A stretch of 64,000 bases of DNA from the NCBI GenBank assembly GCA_951406725.2, contig OX597830.1, positions 32,488,001 to 32,552,000 of the forward strand, read 5' to 3'. Every line of letters starts with the position of its first letter. Position 1 is the first letter of the stretch. The translations under genes were made by a program, and so were the position numbers. Origin of the DNA: Octopus vulgaris (taxonomy: Eukaryota). Positions 12,785 through 27,659 of the stretch are shown piece by piece. The notes under the pieces were generated by a model, which saw only the letters and a program-made list of their open reading frames with translations, made no database searches and was not told the origin of the DNA.

Positions 12785-13440
12785 AATACAAAACAATAAT
12801 GTTTTTATTTCTCAAACTGAAACAAAACTGATGGAAAATACTTATTTTTGTATACTTCCACTTTATTTATATTTGAAAAGTTTTCTACTTTTTTTAATTG
12901 GAAAATCTCTGATCAGATCCTCACAATGACATCATGGACACTTTAAAATTATACTTCTGATCATATAAATCACTTCAAATATTATTTTAGTAAGTTTAAA
13001 GAGATTTCTTTTGTACTGTAGACCATTTACCATTTCTGTGTTGATGGCCCTTCTCTTAATGTCCTAAGCACATACTTATTTTGCTCAATGGTTAAACCCA
13101 GGACCGGATTAAGACCCATAGAGATCCTATGCAATTAAAAGATTTTGGTGCCCCTAAATACATGTAATTGAAAATATAAACAATAACAAACCATAAAATA
13201 AATTTTTATTTTTCAAAATGACACAAAAATAATGGTGTGCTGGAAAATAATGTTTTTTCTTATATACTTCTACTTTATATCTAAAGTGTTTTCTACTTTT
13301 TTTAATTGCAAATTCGTTGATCAGATTCTCATGATGATACCACGGACACTACAAAATTAGATTTCCGATCTTATAAACCATTTAGAATAATATTTTAACA
13401 AGTTTAACCCTTTAGCATTCAGGTTACTCTCTCAAATGCA

Positions 13441-13820
13441 TTCTTTTACTCTTTTACTTGTTTCAGTCATTTGACAGGGGCCATGCTGGAGCACCGCCTT
13501 TAGTCGAACAAATCGACCCCAGGACTTATTCTTTGTAAGCCTAGTACTTATTCTATTGGTCTCCTTTGACAAACCGCTAGGGCATTACTCTTTACTCTTA
13601 TTTTACTCTTTTACTTGTTCACACCAGCATCGGTTGTCAAGCGATGTTGCGGAGACAAACACAGACACACAAACATATACACACACATATATATATACAT
13701 ACATATATACGATGAGCTTCTTTCATAGTAGAAGACACTTGCCCAAGGTGCCACACAGTGGGACTGAACCCAGAACCATGTGGTTGGTAAGCAAGCTACT
13801 TACCACACAGCCACTCCTGT
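13441..13820 (-). mobile_element. SINE family A (rearranged)
   Basis: Homology to 4225-4636. Confidence 0.85.
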
Positions 13821-13984
13821 ATTTGCTGCAAAAATTAGTCTATATTTGTGGTGGGGAGGGTGGGGGTCAAGGGGTAGGGGTGCTGCTCTATACTGTAATA
13901 TACTACTTTATATTATGCTAGAATGGTTTATATTATGATGCACTAATGCTGTTGCCTCTACCAAATTTTCCTGAATCAGAAACA

Positions 13985-14658
13985 AGCACCACCACTACCA
14001 CCACCACCACCACCACCACCACCACCACTACTACTACTGCCATTACAGCCGCAAACCTCACTACCATAGCCACAAGCTCAACCACCACTACCACTACTAT
14101 GATGACAATAACAATGACATTGATGATGATGATGATGATGATGACAATGGCAATGATGGTGATGACTGCCACCACCATTACCACCACCACCAACAACAAC
14201 AACAACAACGGCAACAGCAACAACAATGCCATTACAACCACAATGATTGACAAAGATGACAAAGATGCCCACACGACATCAACCACTGCCAGCTTCACCA
14301 CCTCCTCCTCTACCACAACCACCACTACCACCAACACCAACACCAACAAGAACAACATCACCACTGCCTGCCGCCGCCTCCACCACCACCACCATTACAG
14401 CCACATACAGCACCCTGACCATTATGACAGCGACCACCCAATCTCTACCACCACCAACACCACTACTACCATTAGCACCATTACCACCACCTCCACTATC
14501 TCCAATACTATCAACACCACAAACCCTGAAACACCCCCACCCACCAATACCACCACCACCACCACCACCACCACTACTACCACTATCAACAACAACGGCA
14601 ACACTAACATAACACCCAGTGTAACCTCTACCATCATTCCACCATCACCACCGCCACC

Positions 14659-14690
<32 letters not shown>

Positions 14691-14700
14691 CAACTGTATC
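13985..14700. repeat. Degenerate (ACC/AAC/GAT)n low-complexity tract
   Basis: Direct; explains the Thr-rich ORF 13946-14716. Confidence 0.85.
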
Positions 14701-15031
14701 TCACCACAATCTCTAAATATAAATCCTGGTAACTAAAACGATGTTTTTTTTTTAGAAAAATGCTATAAAAAGAAAATTACAAAAAAAAAACATACAATAA
14801 AAAAAGAGAAAACAAACAAAAGAAATCTAGGTCTCCTACCAACCCCCTCGTCTCCCCACCACCCACAGCTGACACCCCTCTGGCTTCGTTTGTTTGATTA
14901 TGGTTTGTAATTTTTTTTACTTTGTTTTTCTTTAGTATATTTCTTCGTTACTATTTTCGAAGATAATTAAGAGCCAAGTTTAAAATGTAATTAATACATA
15001 AGGGTTTCATGCTAATGGTATGAAGTACTAT

Positions 15032-15146
15032 AGTGTGTGTGTGTGTGTGTCTGTGTGTGTGTATAAATGTGTGTGTCTGAGCGTGCGTGTGTGTATAAAT
15101 GTGTGTGTCTGAGCGTGCGTGTGTGTATAAATGTGTGTGTCTGAGC

Positions 15147-15214
<68 letters not shown>

Positions 15215-16065
15215 GTGTGTATAAATGTGTGTGTCTGAGCGTGCGTGTGTGTGTGTGTGTATGTGAATGTACTTGTGTGTGCATGTGTTTATCCGTGTGC
15301 GTGTGCGTATCCTTGTGTGTGCACGTGTGTGTGTATGTGTCTGTGTGGGCGTGTGTGTCTGTGTGTGTGTAAATGTGTGTGTGTGAGTGTGTGTCTGTGT
15401 GTGTGAATGTACATGTGTGTGTGTGTATCCGTGTGCGTATGCATATCCTTGTGTGTGCACGTGTATGTGTATGTGTCTGTGTAGGCGTGTGTGTCTGTGT
15501 GTGTATAAATGTGTGTGAGCATGTGTGTGTGAGTGTACATGTGTGTACCTGTGTGTAACCATGTGTGCACGTGTGCGTGTATGTGTCTGTGTGGGCGTGA
15601 GTGCTTGTGTGTGTGTGTAAATGTGCATGTGTGAGTGTGCGTGCGTGTGTGAGTGTGTGTGCGTGTGTGCATTCATGAGTGTGTATGTGTGCACGTGTGT
15701 GTGTATGTGTCTGTGTGGGCGTGTTTGTGTGTGAGTGTGTGTCTGTGTGTGTGAATGTACATGTGTAGGCATGTTTGTGTGTCTGTGTGGGTGTGTGTAT
15801 GTGTATAAATGTATGTGTGTGAGTGTGTGTGTATGTGTGTGTGATTCTACATGTGTGCGTGTGTGTGTCTGTGTATGTGGTATGCATATGTGTGCACGAA
15901 CATACATGTACCTGTATGAATGTACGAGTGTGTGTGTGTGTGTGCATGTATGTGTGTGTGTATGTGCTTATGAATATATGTTTGTTAGTTTATGTGCATG
16001 TGTGTGTAATTACACACACACACACACATACATACATACATACATACATGCATACACACACACAT
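15032..16065. repeat. (GT)n-derived tract with 32-bp minisatellite units
   Basis: gtataaatgtgtgtgtctgagcgtgcgtgtgt repeated at ~15061, 15093, 15125, 15218. Confidence 0.85.
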
Positions 16066-16066
16066 A

Positions 16067-17865
16067 TAGCTGTACAGTTAGAAGTTTGCTTCCTGACCAC
16101 ATTGTTCTGGGTTCAGTCCCACTATAAGGCATCTTGGGCAAGTGTGTGAGTACTTAGGAGATGGAAACTGAAAGAAACCCATCCTATACCATATGTCTAT
16201 GTATGTATGCATGTATCAATGTGTGTGTGTGTCTGTGTCTGTCACTCTCCACTGCTTGATATCCAGTGTTAGTTTGTTTGCATCCTTGTAACCTAGCAGT
16301 TCAGCCTAAGACACTAATAGAATAAGTAGCAGATTTAGAAATGCGTAAAGGGATTGATTCATTTGACTAAATCCTCCAAAATGGTGCTCAAGCATGGCCA
16401 CAGTCCAATGACTGATAGAAGTATAAGAAAGAAAAAGAAAAGATATATATCTGTACACATACACTAGCATAGCTGGGGGTCCGACCCCGGGTGTCAGTAT
16501 ATTCTTTTATTCTTTTACTTGTTTCAGTCATTTGACTGTGGCCATGCTGAGGCATCACCTTTAGTCAACCCCAGGACTTACAGTTTGTAAGCCTAGTACT
16601 TTTTCTATTGGTCTCTTTTGCCAAACCACTTAGTTACGGGGTTGTAAACATGCCAACATCGGTTGTCAAATAATGTTGGGGGGGACAAACACAGACACAC
16701 AAACCTACACACACACACACACACACAAACACACATCATCGTTGTATAACATATGCTTTCCATGCTGGCATGGGTTGGACAGTTTGACTGAGGATTGGTG
16801 AGCCAGAGGCTGCACCAGGCTCAATCTGATCTGGCAAAGTTTCTACAGCTGGATGTCCTTCCTAACGCCAAACACTTCCTCACCTTGATCTACCTTTCAA
16901 ATGATGCTACCTGCTGGTTTGATAAGCAGATTAACATTCCTCCTGAATGGAATACCTGTCTATTCAGGGTTACCTGTTTAAAGTTGAGTGGACTAAAGGA
17001 AAATAGAATGAAGAGTTTTGCTCAAGGACATACTGCTGGTGTAGGAAGCAAAACCATTCGCTTGGGATCATGGGGTCAGCACATTCATAACTAGGCCAAG
17101 TTCTTTTACATATTCTTCTAGTTGTTTCAGTCATTTGACTGCAGCCATGCTGGAGCACCACCGTGAAGGGTTTCAACCCAACCAAACTGATCCCGGGACT
17201 TATTCCGTAAGCGTAGTACTTATTCTATCAGTCTCCTTTGCTGAACCACTAAGTTACAGAGACATAAACGTACCAACACCAGTTGCTAAGCGGTGATGGG
17301 GACAAACACAGATGCAAAGACACACACACACACACACACACACAGAGTTTCCGTCTACCAAATCCACTCACAAGGCTTTGGTTGGCTTGATGTTATAGTA
17401 GAAGATACTTGCCCAAGGTGCCATGCAGTGGGACTGAACCTGGAACCATGCTTCTTACCAAGCTTCTTACCACACAACCATGCCTGCGACTATAGACATA
17501 CATACAAATACATATGTCCTTATTTTCACCTGTTAAAGTCATTAGACTGTGGCCATGCTAGGGTCCCACATTGAAATTTTAGTCAAAAGAATTGACCCAG
17601 TTTGACCCCAGTATTTATTTTTTAAGCCTGGTACTTATTCTATCAGTCTCTTTTGTCGAACTGTTAAGTTACAGGAATTTAAAAATACCCACACCGATTA
17701 GCATGTGGTGATGAGAAGACAAACACTGATACACACATAGATATACATACATACACAAAAATATATGTACATGCATACATACATACATACACACACAAAC
17801 ACACACACATATATATAATGGGCTTCTTTCGGCTTCCATCTACTGGATCCAATCACAAGGCTTAT
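16067..17865. mobile_element. Cluster of SINE family A copies in both orientations plus a family F tail
   Basis: + copy 16067-16440; - copies ~16502-16730, 17100-17490, 17520-17865. Confidence 0.75.
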
Positions 17866-17885
17866 ATCTATCTATCTATCAATCT

Positions 17886-18032
<147 letters not shown>

Positions 18033-18043
18033 TATATAGAAGG

Positions 18044-18094
18044 AGCTTCTACAGGACTAGTACTGTTTCATTCAAGAGAAATCTTCAGGAAGCT
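18044..18094 (-). ncRNA. Type-I hammerhead ribozyme (mirror of 21391-21441)
   Basis: Reverse complement of the 21391-21441 motif. Confidence 0.8.
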
Positions 18095-18521
18095 ATTTAA
18101 CAAGAATTGTATTAGCATTTATACATTTAGGCAGGTTTAAAGGAGTGGTGGTGGGGGACTTTTTGGGGGTAGGCATAGCGCAAAATATCATACTTGGGGG
18201 AGTGGTCAAGGAGTCATTGGTAAGTTAGATGAAAGAATAGATAAATAAAAAAAAAAAATAAAAAAATAAATAAAAAAAATAAAAAAATAAAAAATAAAAA
18301 AATAAAAAAATAAAATAAAAAAATAAAAAAATAAAAAAAATAAAAAATATAAAAAATATATATAAAAAAAATATATATATAAAATATATATATAAAAAAA
18401 TATATATATAAAAAAAGGGGGATAGAGTTATAGGTAAATAAGGAGATTCTCACTTATACCTATACACACATGTATACGTATCTACACACACATACATACA
18501 TACACATATATATACACACAC

Positions 18522-18574
<53 letters not shown>

Positions 18575-19452
18575 CACACATACATACATATCTACATACT
18601 CACATACATACACCCGCCCACATATACAAATTTATACACATGCACATGCCTATACCTGTCTACACATACACACACGTATATATGCATACACTCACTCCCA
18701 TGCATGCACGCATACACACATGTATATATATATATATATATATATATACCCACGACCACACATACATATATACACATAAAAATATATATTCATACGCACA
18801 TACACTCATGCACACACAACACACCTAGTTCCCTATATACACATATTTACACCTATATATACATACACCCACATACACCTATGTACACATATATATATAT
18901 AAACATATACACGCATACATATATATACATGTGTGCACATACATACATACACACATATATACATACACATACACATACACATGTGTACCTATACATACCT
19001 ACACATACACACATACATACATACAAATATACATATACATATATATATATACAATCCAATACAGGCCCATTCCCTAATTTTAATTTTATTATCTTCATTT
19101 ATTACTTTTGTTATCTTTGATCGCTAGGGCTAAGAATCCTGGCAATGGCTGCATGTCCATTTGTCTGTCTACTAGAAGGCAAGTACTCATTCCCGCACGC
19201 ACACTCATTAGCACGTACATTCACCCATTCGTACACTCATACACATACACGTACGCACGCGTTATATTCATACATACAAACATCTACATACGTTCACGTA
19301 TATACACATACGTACTCGTACCTACAGATTCGTGTCTACACTTTAGGAGGCTAGTCTATACATATACACCAATAAATATACATATATATATATATATATA
19401 CCCGCATATACATACACACACACACATATATACTCCTACATACAGATACATA

Positions 19453-19504
<52 letters not shown>

Positions 19505-19994
19505 CATACACATACACACATACATATACACACACATACATACACATATATATACATACACAAACATATATACACACACATATATATACATACACACATA
19601 CACACATACATACGTATACATACATACATACATCCATACATCCATACTTACATGCATTTATACGCATACACACACCCATCTATATATATGTATATATATA
19701 TATATATATATATACACACTCACACATACATATACAAATCTACGCACACACATACATACATACACGTATACGCATACACGCACATACACATATACATGCG
19801 TACCCATACACGTGCACACACGCACGCGCATCCATATATATACACACACACACATATATATACACGTGTGCAAGCATACATACATACTCATACGCGCACA
19901 CATACTTACAAATACATATATGCACACACTTACACACATATATATACATACACATATACATGCATACATACATATATGCATACATACACACACG

Positions 19995-20034
<40 letters not shown>

Positions 20035-20092
20035 ATATACATATATAGATATACGTACACATACATACACATACACATACATACACACACAT

Positions 20093-20139
<47 letters not shown>

Positions 20140-20344
20140 TACATATATACACATATACATACATATACATACACACACACATACATATATACATATACAC
20201 TGATACACATACCCATACATACACATGCATATACTTATATCACTACATACTCACATATATAAACATATATACATATACACACATACATATATACATGTAC
20301 ATACACATACGTATGCATATATATATATATACATATATATACAC

Positions 20345-20381
<37 letters not shown>

Positions 20382-20641
20382 TACATATACACATATACAT
20401 GTATACATACGCAAAAATGATACACATATATACACATACACACACACAGACAGATGCATATACATACATATATATATATAAACTACATATCTATATAAAT
20501 ACATACATAATACACATATACACACACATATATATATACATTCATGCATATACATATACAAGTATACATACACATACATACACACACACGCGCACACATA
20601 CATATACACACACACATATACAAATACATACATACACACAT

Positions 20642-20682
<41 letters not shown>

Positions 20683-21390
20683 CATGTACACATATACATA
20701 TGTATATATATATCAACAAGGGAGGGTAAAGTTAATTAGTTATTAATCAATTTCATCAAGTGTTCAGTCTGTAAAGGGACCATTATTATTTTGAGTAAAC
20801 AATGTTAGAGGGAAAAAAATTCTCTAAGTAGTGGAAGAGGCTAAAAAACTTTATTGGCTGCTATTTCTAGAAAGTTTAGTATGTGGCAAAGTAATTTATT
20901 TTATTTTCCTAAGCCCTAATTATATAATATTTTATACATACATACACATACATAAGCACATACATTTACACATACATATGCATATACATATATACACATA
21001 TACATACAAACACATATACACATATACACACACACACACACATATATATATATTTTTTTTATATATATATTTTATATATATATTTTTTTTATATATATTT
21101 TTTATATTTTTTATTTTTTTTATTTTTTTATTTATTTTATTTTTTTTAATTTTTTTTATTTTTTTATTTTATTTTTTTTTTTTATTTTTTATTTTTTTTT
21201 TTTATTTATTTTTTATTTATTTGTTTTTTTTTTTTTTTATTTATCTATTCTTTCATCTAACTTACCAATGACTCCTTGACCACTCCCCCAAGTATGATAT
21301 TTTGCGCTATGCCTACCCCCAAAAAGTCCCCCACCACCACTCCTTTAAACCTGCCTAAATGTATAAATGCGAATACAATTCTTGTTAAAT

Positions 21391-21441
21391 AGCTTCCTGA
21401 AGATTTCTCTTGAATGAAACAGTACTAGTCCTGTAGAAGCT
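21391..21441 (+). ncRNA. Type-I hammerhead ribozyme, predicted GUA cleavage after 21435
   Basis: agcttc-CTGAAGA-tttc tctt gaat-GAAA-cag tactagtc ctg-TA-gaagct; 6-bp stem I, 3-bp stem II, 4-bp stem III, intact core. Confidence 0.82.
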
Positions 21442-21524
21442 CCTTCTATATAATAAATTAATTTTACTCTGCTATGTATTGAGTACCTTACTTACTGTGG
21501 TTAACCCCGAATCAACCCGGGACC

Positions 21525-21586
<62 letters not shown>

Positions 21587-22061
21587 CACATACATATATA
21601 TATGAATATATATAATATATTTATAAATATATATATATACATGTATTTGAGTGCAGAAATATATAAGTATAGACGTGTATAAAATTATGCAAATGTATGT
21701 AAATGAGAGTGCAAGTATAAGAAGAAGATGAATATATTCATACAAGAGTATGTATATACATTACAATCTGTGTATATATATATATATGTGTGTGTATATG
21801 TATTTGTGTCCTCGCGTTGGTTTTTATGTGAATGGTTGTCATTATTTGTGAATGAGTGTATAAACGTGAGCTGTAATAGGGATATATAATGTGTCTCTAT
21901 GTGTGTATGTGTTTAGCATGTATAGCTAGGATGCATGGATGGAAGGCTGGAGGCAGTGGGGAGCAATTAATTCCGAGCTTAAAATATAATTCATAACGAA
22001 AGGCTTCCTGTTAACGATAGCATGTTCTACATGATGTCAATCATTCTAAGTGACTAATAAG

Positions 22062-22099
<38 letters not shown>

Positions 22100-22193
22100 T
22101 GCATGTGTGTGTGTATACACACACACACACATATATACACACACATATATATTCACGCATATATATGTATATCTAAATCTATCTATCTATCTT

Positions 22194-22271
<78 letters not shown>

Positions 22272-22278
22272 ATATATG

Positions 22279-22309
<31 letters not shown>

Positions 22310-22334
22310 ATATATGTATATATATATATGTATG

Positions 22335-22415
<81 letters not shown>

Positions 22416-22499
22416 CTGTGTGTCAACCCTTGTGTGTTGGCCTGTGTGTGCGTTTATATGTAGGGAACACTTTTCTTGAGATGTTATACTTAAATAGGT

Positions 22500-22945
22500 A
22501 TGGCTATGTGGTAAAAAGCTTGTTTACCAAACACATGGTTCCAGGTTCAGTCCCACAGTGTGATGTCCCACCTTGGGAAAGTGTCTTCTACTGTAGCTCC
22601 ATGCTGACCAAAGCCTTTGGTTGAGAAAGCTATGTGGAAGCCCATCGCACGTACAAGCACACACACTCACATGGAAACACACACACACATACACACACAC
22701 ACACACATAAATATGATTGTACATATGTATGTGTGTGTGTTTGTTTATGTTTGTCCTTAGCATCCTCATCATAACATTTGACAATCAGTGTTAGTTTTTT
22801 TACGTCCTCATAACTTAGCAGTTTGGAGAAAAGCAATTGATAAAATAAATACTTAACTAAAAGTTAGATACTAGAGTTGTGTTCAACTAAACACTGTGGC
22901 ACTCCAGTATGGCCACAGTCTAGTGATTCCAGTATGTAAAAGATG
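22500..22945 (+). mobile_element. SINE family A (degenerate)
   Basis: Homology to 4225-4636. Confidence 0.8.
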
Positions 22946-23384
22946 AAAAATAATGTTCCAGTTTATATTTTTATATTATCGTTTTATTATATTTCAGTAT
23001 CAGATCCTTGCAATTTGCTTGGAAGAATTAAGTTCCCAAATTCATTGTTACTATCTCAACCCCATCATCAGGATATGTTGTGGTGTTGGCACCTGCACTG
23101 CTTTTTTGTTATAGTGCACAGCTTTGATTTCTGAAGACATAAGAGTTGCTTGTTATCAGTGAAGTGCTTATCCTGTTTGTGATATCTGTATGTTGTTAGT
23201 GTGTAAATGTTAGCTTTGCATTGAGATATGAGAATTGCTTCTGTAGCACTGTGTAAAAAAAATTTGATTTAGTTATTTTTTATCTTTGGTCCGTAAGTGT
23301 TTTTTCTGTTTTGTTTCTATCACAAAATCAAAGGCAATGACTCCTATCCTCTTCAAACTTTGCTTTTGTGACCCAGACATCAAT

Positions 23385-23618
23385 GGGTGGTGAGCTGGAA
23401 GAATTGTTAGCATGCCAGGTGAAATGCTTAGCAGTATTTCATCTAGCGTTACGTTCTGAGTTCAAATTCTGCTGAGGTCGACCTTACCTTTCATCTTTTC
23501 GGGGTCCATTAAATAAGTACCAGTTATGCACTGGGGTCAATGTAATTGACTTAATCTCTTTGTCCTTGCTTGTTCCCTCTATGTTTAGCACCCAATCCCC
23601 ATGGGAAATAAAGAAATA
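23385..23618 (+). mobile_element. SINE family B
   Basis: ggtggtgagctggaagaa...ctgagttcaaattc...tttcatcttttcggggtc...agtaccag; the central block resembles a conserved metazoan SINE core (inference). Confidence 0.85.
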
Positions 23619-23699
23619 AATATTTTGAAACCGACCTATTTTCCATTACATTTCAGACAGACTCAGCACTGAGTTGCTGAAGCAGAAATATCGTTATAA

Positions 23700-23862
23700 C
23701 AAATATTCTGCTCAATACCTCAGATTTGCTTGTCAGTTGCTTGACTGTAACCACTTGAGCATGTCCCTTAGCGGCTGACAATATGTGTATCTCTGATCAT
23801 GAGTAGGTATAGTTGGGGAGCATCATAGCCTTGTGTTGAGAGAGATTCTTGGGGTTTGAATA
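23700..23862. repeat. Interspersed repeat family G (second copy ~31075-31242)
   Basis: caaatattctgctcaatacc...gagcatgtccctt...gagcatcatagcc shared. Confidence 0.75.
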
Positions 23863-23863
23863 A

Positions 23864-24287
23864 ACTCCTTTACTCCTTTACTTATTTCAGTCATTTGACT
23901 GTGGCCATGCTGGAGCACCGCCTTTTAGTCGAGCACATCGACCCCAGGACTTATTCTTTGTAAGCCTAATACTTATTTTTTCAGTCTCTTTTGCCGAACC
24001 GCTAAGTTACGGGGATGTAAACACACCACCATTGGTTGTCAAGTGATGTTAGGGGGGACAAACACAGACACACAAACATATACACGCACATACATATATA
24101 TATACATATACATATATATATACATATATACGACTTTCTTTCAGTTTCTGTCTACCAAATCCACTCACAAGGCTTTGGTCGGCCCGAGGATATAGTAGAA
24201 GACACTTGTCCAAGGTGCAATGCAGTAGGACTGAACCCGGAACCATGTGGTCCGTAAGCAAGCTACTTACCACACAGCCTCTCCTAT
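23864..24287 (-). mobile_element. SINE family A, full length
   Basis: Homology to 4225-4636. Confidence 0.9.
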
Positions 24288-24959
24288 GTAGCAAAAGCAA
24301 AATTTGAAGGATACATTCGCCACTTTCCATACTTTTTAGGGGTAAGTAAATAGGAAATAACAGTTGCTGTCCAAGGACACATTGTAATTAGCCTTACTTT
24401 TCCTTACTCCCTCACTTGTTTCAGTCATTGGATAGCAGCCATGCTGGAGCACAGCTTTGAAGAGTTTAGGTGAACAAGTTGATCCTGGTAATTGTTTTTG
24501 TATTTTTTTAGCGAGGTGCTTATTCTGTCAGTCTCTTTTGCTTAACTGCTAAGTTAAGGAGATGCAACTAAAGCGACATTGGCTGTTAAGTGGTGGTGGT
24601 GGTGGTGGTGGGGGAACAAACAATGCATAAACATGAAAACACACATTCACAACACATACACACTTACACGCATACAGCACACACACACACACACACGCAC
24701 AACGCACACATAGATATATCTCATTTACTTGATCTTCTTACTGGTTTCAATCCTTAGCTGGTGGCCATGCTGGGGCACCACTTTGAAGAATTTTAAATTG
24801 AGCCAAGTACTTACTTTTCTAAAACCTGCTTGCATAGTGGTGGTGATGGTGATGGTGATGGGGGTACAAACAGAATTTATTAAAATGGATATTCTACGGC
24901 TGAAAGCCCTTCCTGTTGCCACCTCTAACCTGCTTCCAAATAAGGTAATATTTTCCCAA

Positions 24960-25000
<41 letters not shown>

Positions 25001-25220
25001 CCACTATCACCACCACCACCACCATCATCATAATCATAATCATCATCATCATCATCATCACAATCGACATCATCATCGTCATCATCATCATCATCCTCAT
25101 CGTTATCATCATCATCATCATCTAATGTCTGTCATCCTTGCTGGCATTGGTTGCACAGTCTGACAGGAGCTGGTAAACCAGAGGACTGCACCAAACCGAT
25201 GTGTCATAAGACTATATTAA

Positions 25221-25839
25221 TCCTTTAGCATTCACATTAATTCATCAGTTGTAATACTCTTTTACTCTTTTACTTGTTTCAGTCATTTGACTGCGGCCAT
25301 GCTGGAGCACCGCCTTTTAATTGAGCAACTCGACCCCAGGATTTATTCTTTTGTAAGCCCAGTACTTATTCTATCGGTCTCTTTTGCCGAACCGCTAAGT
25401 GATGGGGACGTAAACACACCAGCATCGGTTGTCAAGCAATGCTAGAGGGACAAACACAGACATACAAACATACATATATATACATATATACGACAGGCTT
25501 CTTTCAGTTTCCGTCTACCAAATCCACTCACAAGGCATTGGTTGGCCCGAGGCAATAGCAGAAGACACTTGCCCAAGATGCCACGCAGTGGGACTGAACC
25601 CAGAACCATGTGGTTGGTAGGCAAGCTACTTACCACACAGCCACTCCAGCACCTGTTTATTTATCCACATTATTTCATTTTAATTCTGCATTTTCTGATA
25701 GCTTCATGATTTTGATGATGTGATTGTCTATGTTTAGAATGACACTGTAGGTTAGGTGTGAGAGGTGGGATCTGGCCTGTTTAAACATAAAATAGATGAA
25801 ATATTTGGGCCGGATGTGGCCTGTTTGAATGCTAAAGGG
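25221..25839. mobile_element. piggyBac-type MITE (single unit) with nested SINE A (25256-25654, -)
   Basis: TTAA at 25217-25220 and 25840-25843; TIR tcctttagcattc / gaatgctaaaggg. Confidence 0.8.
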
Positions 25840-26267
25840 TTAAGCCTCAGTGTCTGGTCTGGTTTGGTCTGGTTTTTACAGCATGATGCCCTTTCTAATG
25901 CCAACCAATTCACACAGCATGCCAGATGGGTTTGTTTTTATCATGGCACCAGCACTAGTGATGTCACCTTAAAAGCGGCAAGACTTTAAGAGCCTCAACA
26001 ATTGTGAATGAGAATAAGAGAGACGGTGGTGATTTCCTGCAAAGTATTAAGAAGTTAAACTAAGATTTGAAGAATAGGTTTAATGTTGTGAGAAGGAATT
26101 AGTGAAGAAATTAACAAGAGTGAGAGAGAGAGAGAGAGAGAGACAATGTTAAGAAAGAGAGTTATAGACAGCATTGTGAAGAAGCAAGAGTAAGGTCGGA
26201 GGTCAGTGAGGAAGAGTGACAGAGTGGAGTGGGTTAAGTAGGAGGAAATTCAGGGTTACTCTGCATC

Positions 26268-26330
<63 letters not shown>

Positions 26331-26625
26331 AGTAGGGGCTGGAGCGTGCTGGAATGGGAGATGAATGTGACAGTGACAAGGAGCTAAAGAATACCCTCAG
26401 GTAAGATGTCCAAGAAGGTAAATAGAAAGCGATGAAGATAATGACAAATAAGATAAATATGTGTATAGATATACAGCATACATGTACACACACACATAGG
26501 TATACTTATGTATATGTGTGTGTGTGTGTGTGTCTACGTGTCCATATACATGAGTGTGTATATATATATTTATATGTATGTATATAAGTGTATATATTTT
26601 TACATGTATGTATGTATGTATATAA

Positions 26626-26671
<46 letters not shown>

Positions 26672-26954
26672 GTATATATATATTTGTATGTATGTATGTA
26701 TATAAGTACGAACACATACATACGTGCACATACACGCATATTTATAAATGGACTAAATGGTTTCTTGTCTGCAAATAAGAGAACTTCAGCTCATCGCAAC
26801 AACTGAAACATTAATTCCTTAATTACAGTGTTGAGTTCTTTCTATCCATGGTATTTGACAAATTAACATCTCTCTCTTACACACCCAACCACACTCAAAC
26901 ACACACACAGACATAAACACACATTATTGCTGACTAGTCTCACTATATCATATT

Positions 26955-27505
26955 TCTCATCTCTCTCTCTTTGTCTCTCTCTTTGTCTCTCTCTCTTTCT
27001 TTCTCTCTCTTTCTCTCTCTCTCTCTCTCTGACTCGCTCTTTGTCTCTCCCTTTCTCTCACTCGCTCTTTCTCTCTTTCTCTCTCTCCCTTTCTCCCTTT
27101 CTCTCTCTCTCTCTTTCTCTCTCTCCCTTTCTCTCTTTCTCTCTCACTCTCTTTCTATCTCTCTCTTTCTCTCTTTCTCTTTTTCTTTCTCCTTTTTTCT
27201 ATCTCTTTCTCTCTCTCCCTTTCTCTCTTTCTCTCTCTCTCTCTCTCTTTCTCTCTTTCTCTTTCTTTCTCTCCCTCTTTTTCTCTCTCTCTTTCTTTTT
27301 CTCTCTCTTTCTCTTACTCTCTCTCTTTATCTCAATCTTACTCTCTCTCTTTCTCTATCTCTCTTTCCCTCTCTCTTTCCCTCTCTCTTTTTCTCTCTCT
27401 TTCTCTCTCTTTCCCTCTCTCCTTTTCTCTCTCTTTCTCTTTCTCTCTCTCTTTCTCCCCCCTCTCTCTCTTTCTCTCTCTCTCTCTCCCTCTCACCCCT
27501 CTCAC
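26955..27505. repeat. ~550-bp polypyrimidine (CT/CTT) tract
   Basis: Direct. Confidence 0.9.
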
Positions 27506-27659
27506 ACCTTGTTTTTTTGTCATTACTGTATTCTAGTATCACTGTTTACACTACAATCGCCAAGCTTTGTACAATATGCATTCATATATACATAGGGTGG
27601 TGTGCAAATGTATATATGTATATGTGTGTGTTTATATGGGAATTTTTGCATTCCACATC

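Larger units (their letters stand above)
12407..13406 (+). mobile_element. Two tandem copies of a hAT-like MITE (12407-13098; 13099-13406 truncated)
   Basis: Both start cag...ggattaagacccataga...aaaagattttggtgc and align over ~300 bp; the first is interrupted at 12513-12784. Confidence 0.65.

Noticed and set aside
23125-23170. CTGAAGA...GAAG motif
   Set aside because: No stem I/II pairing and no GAAA
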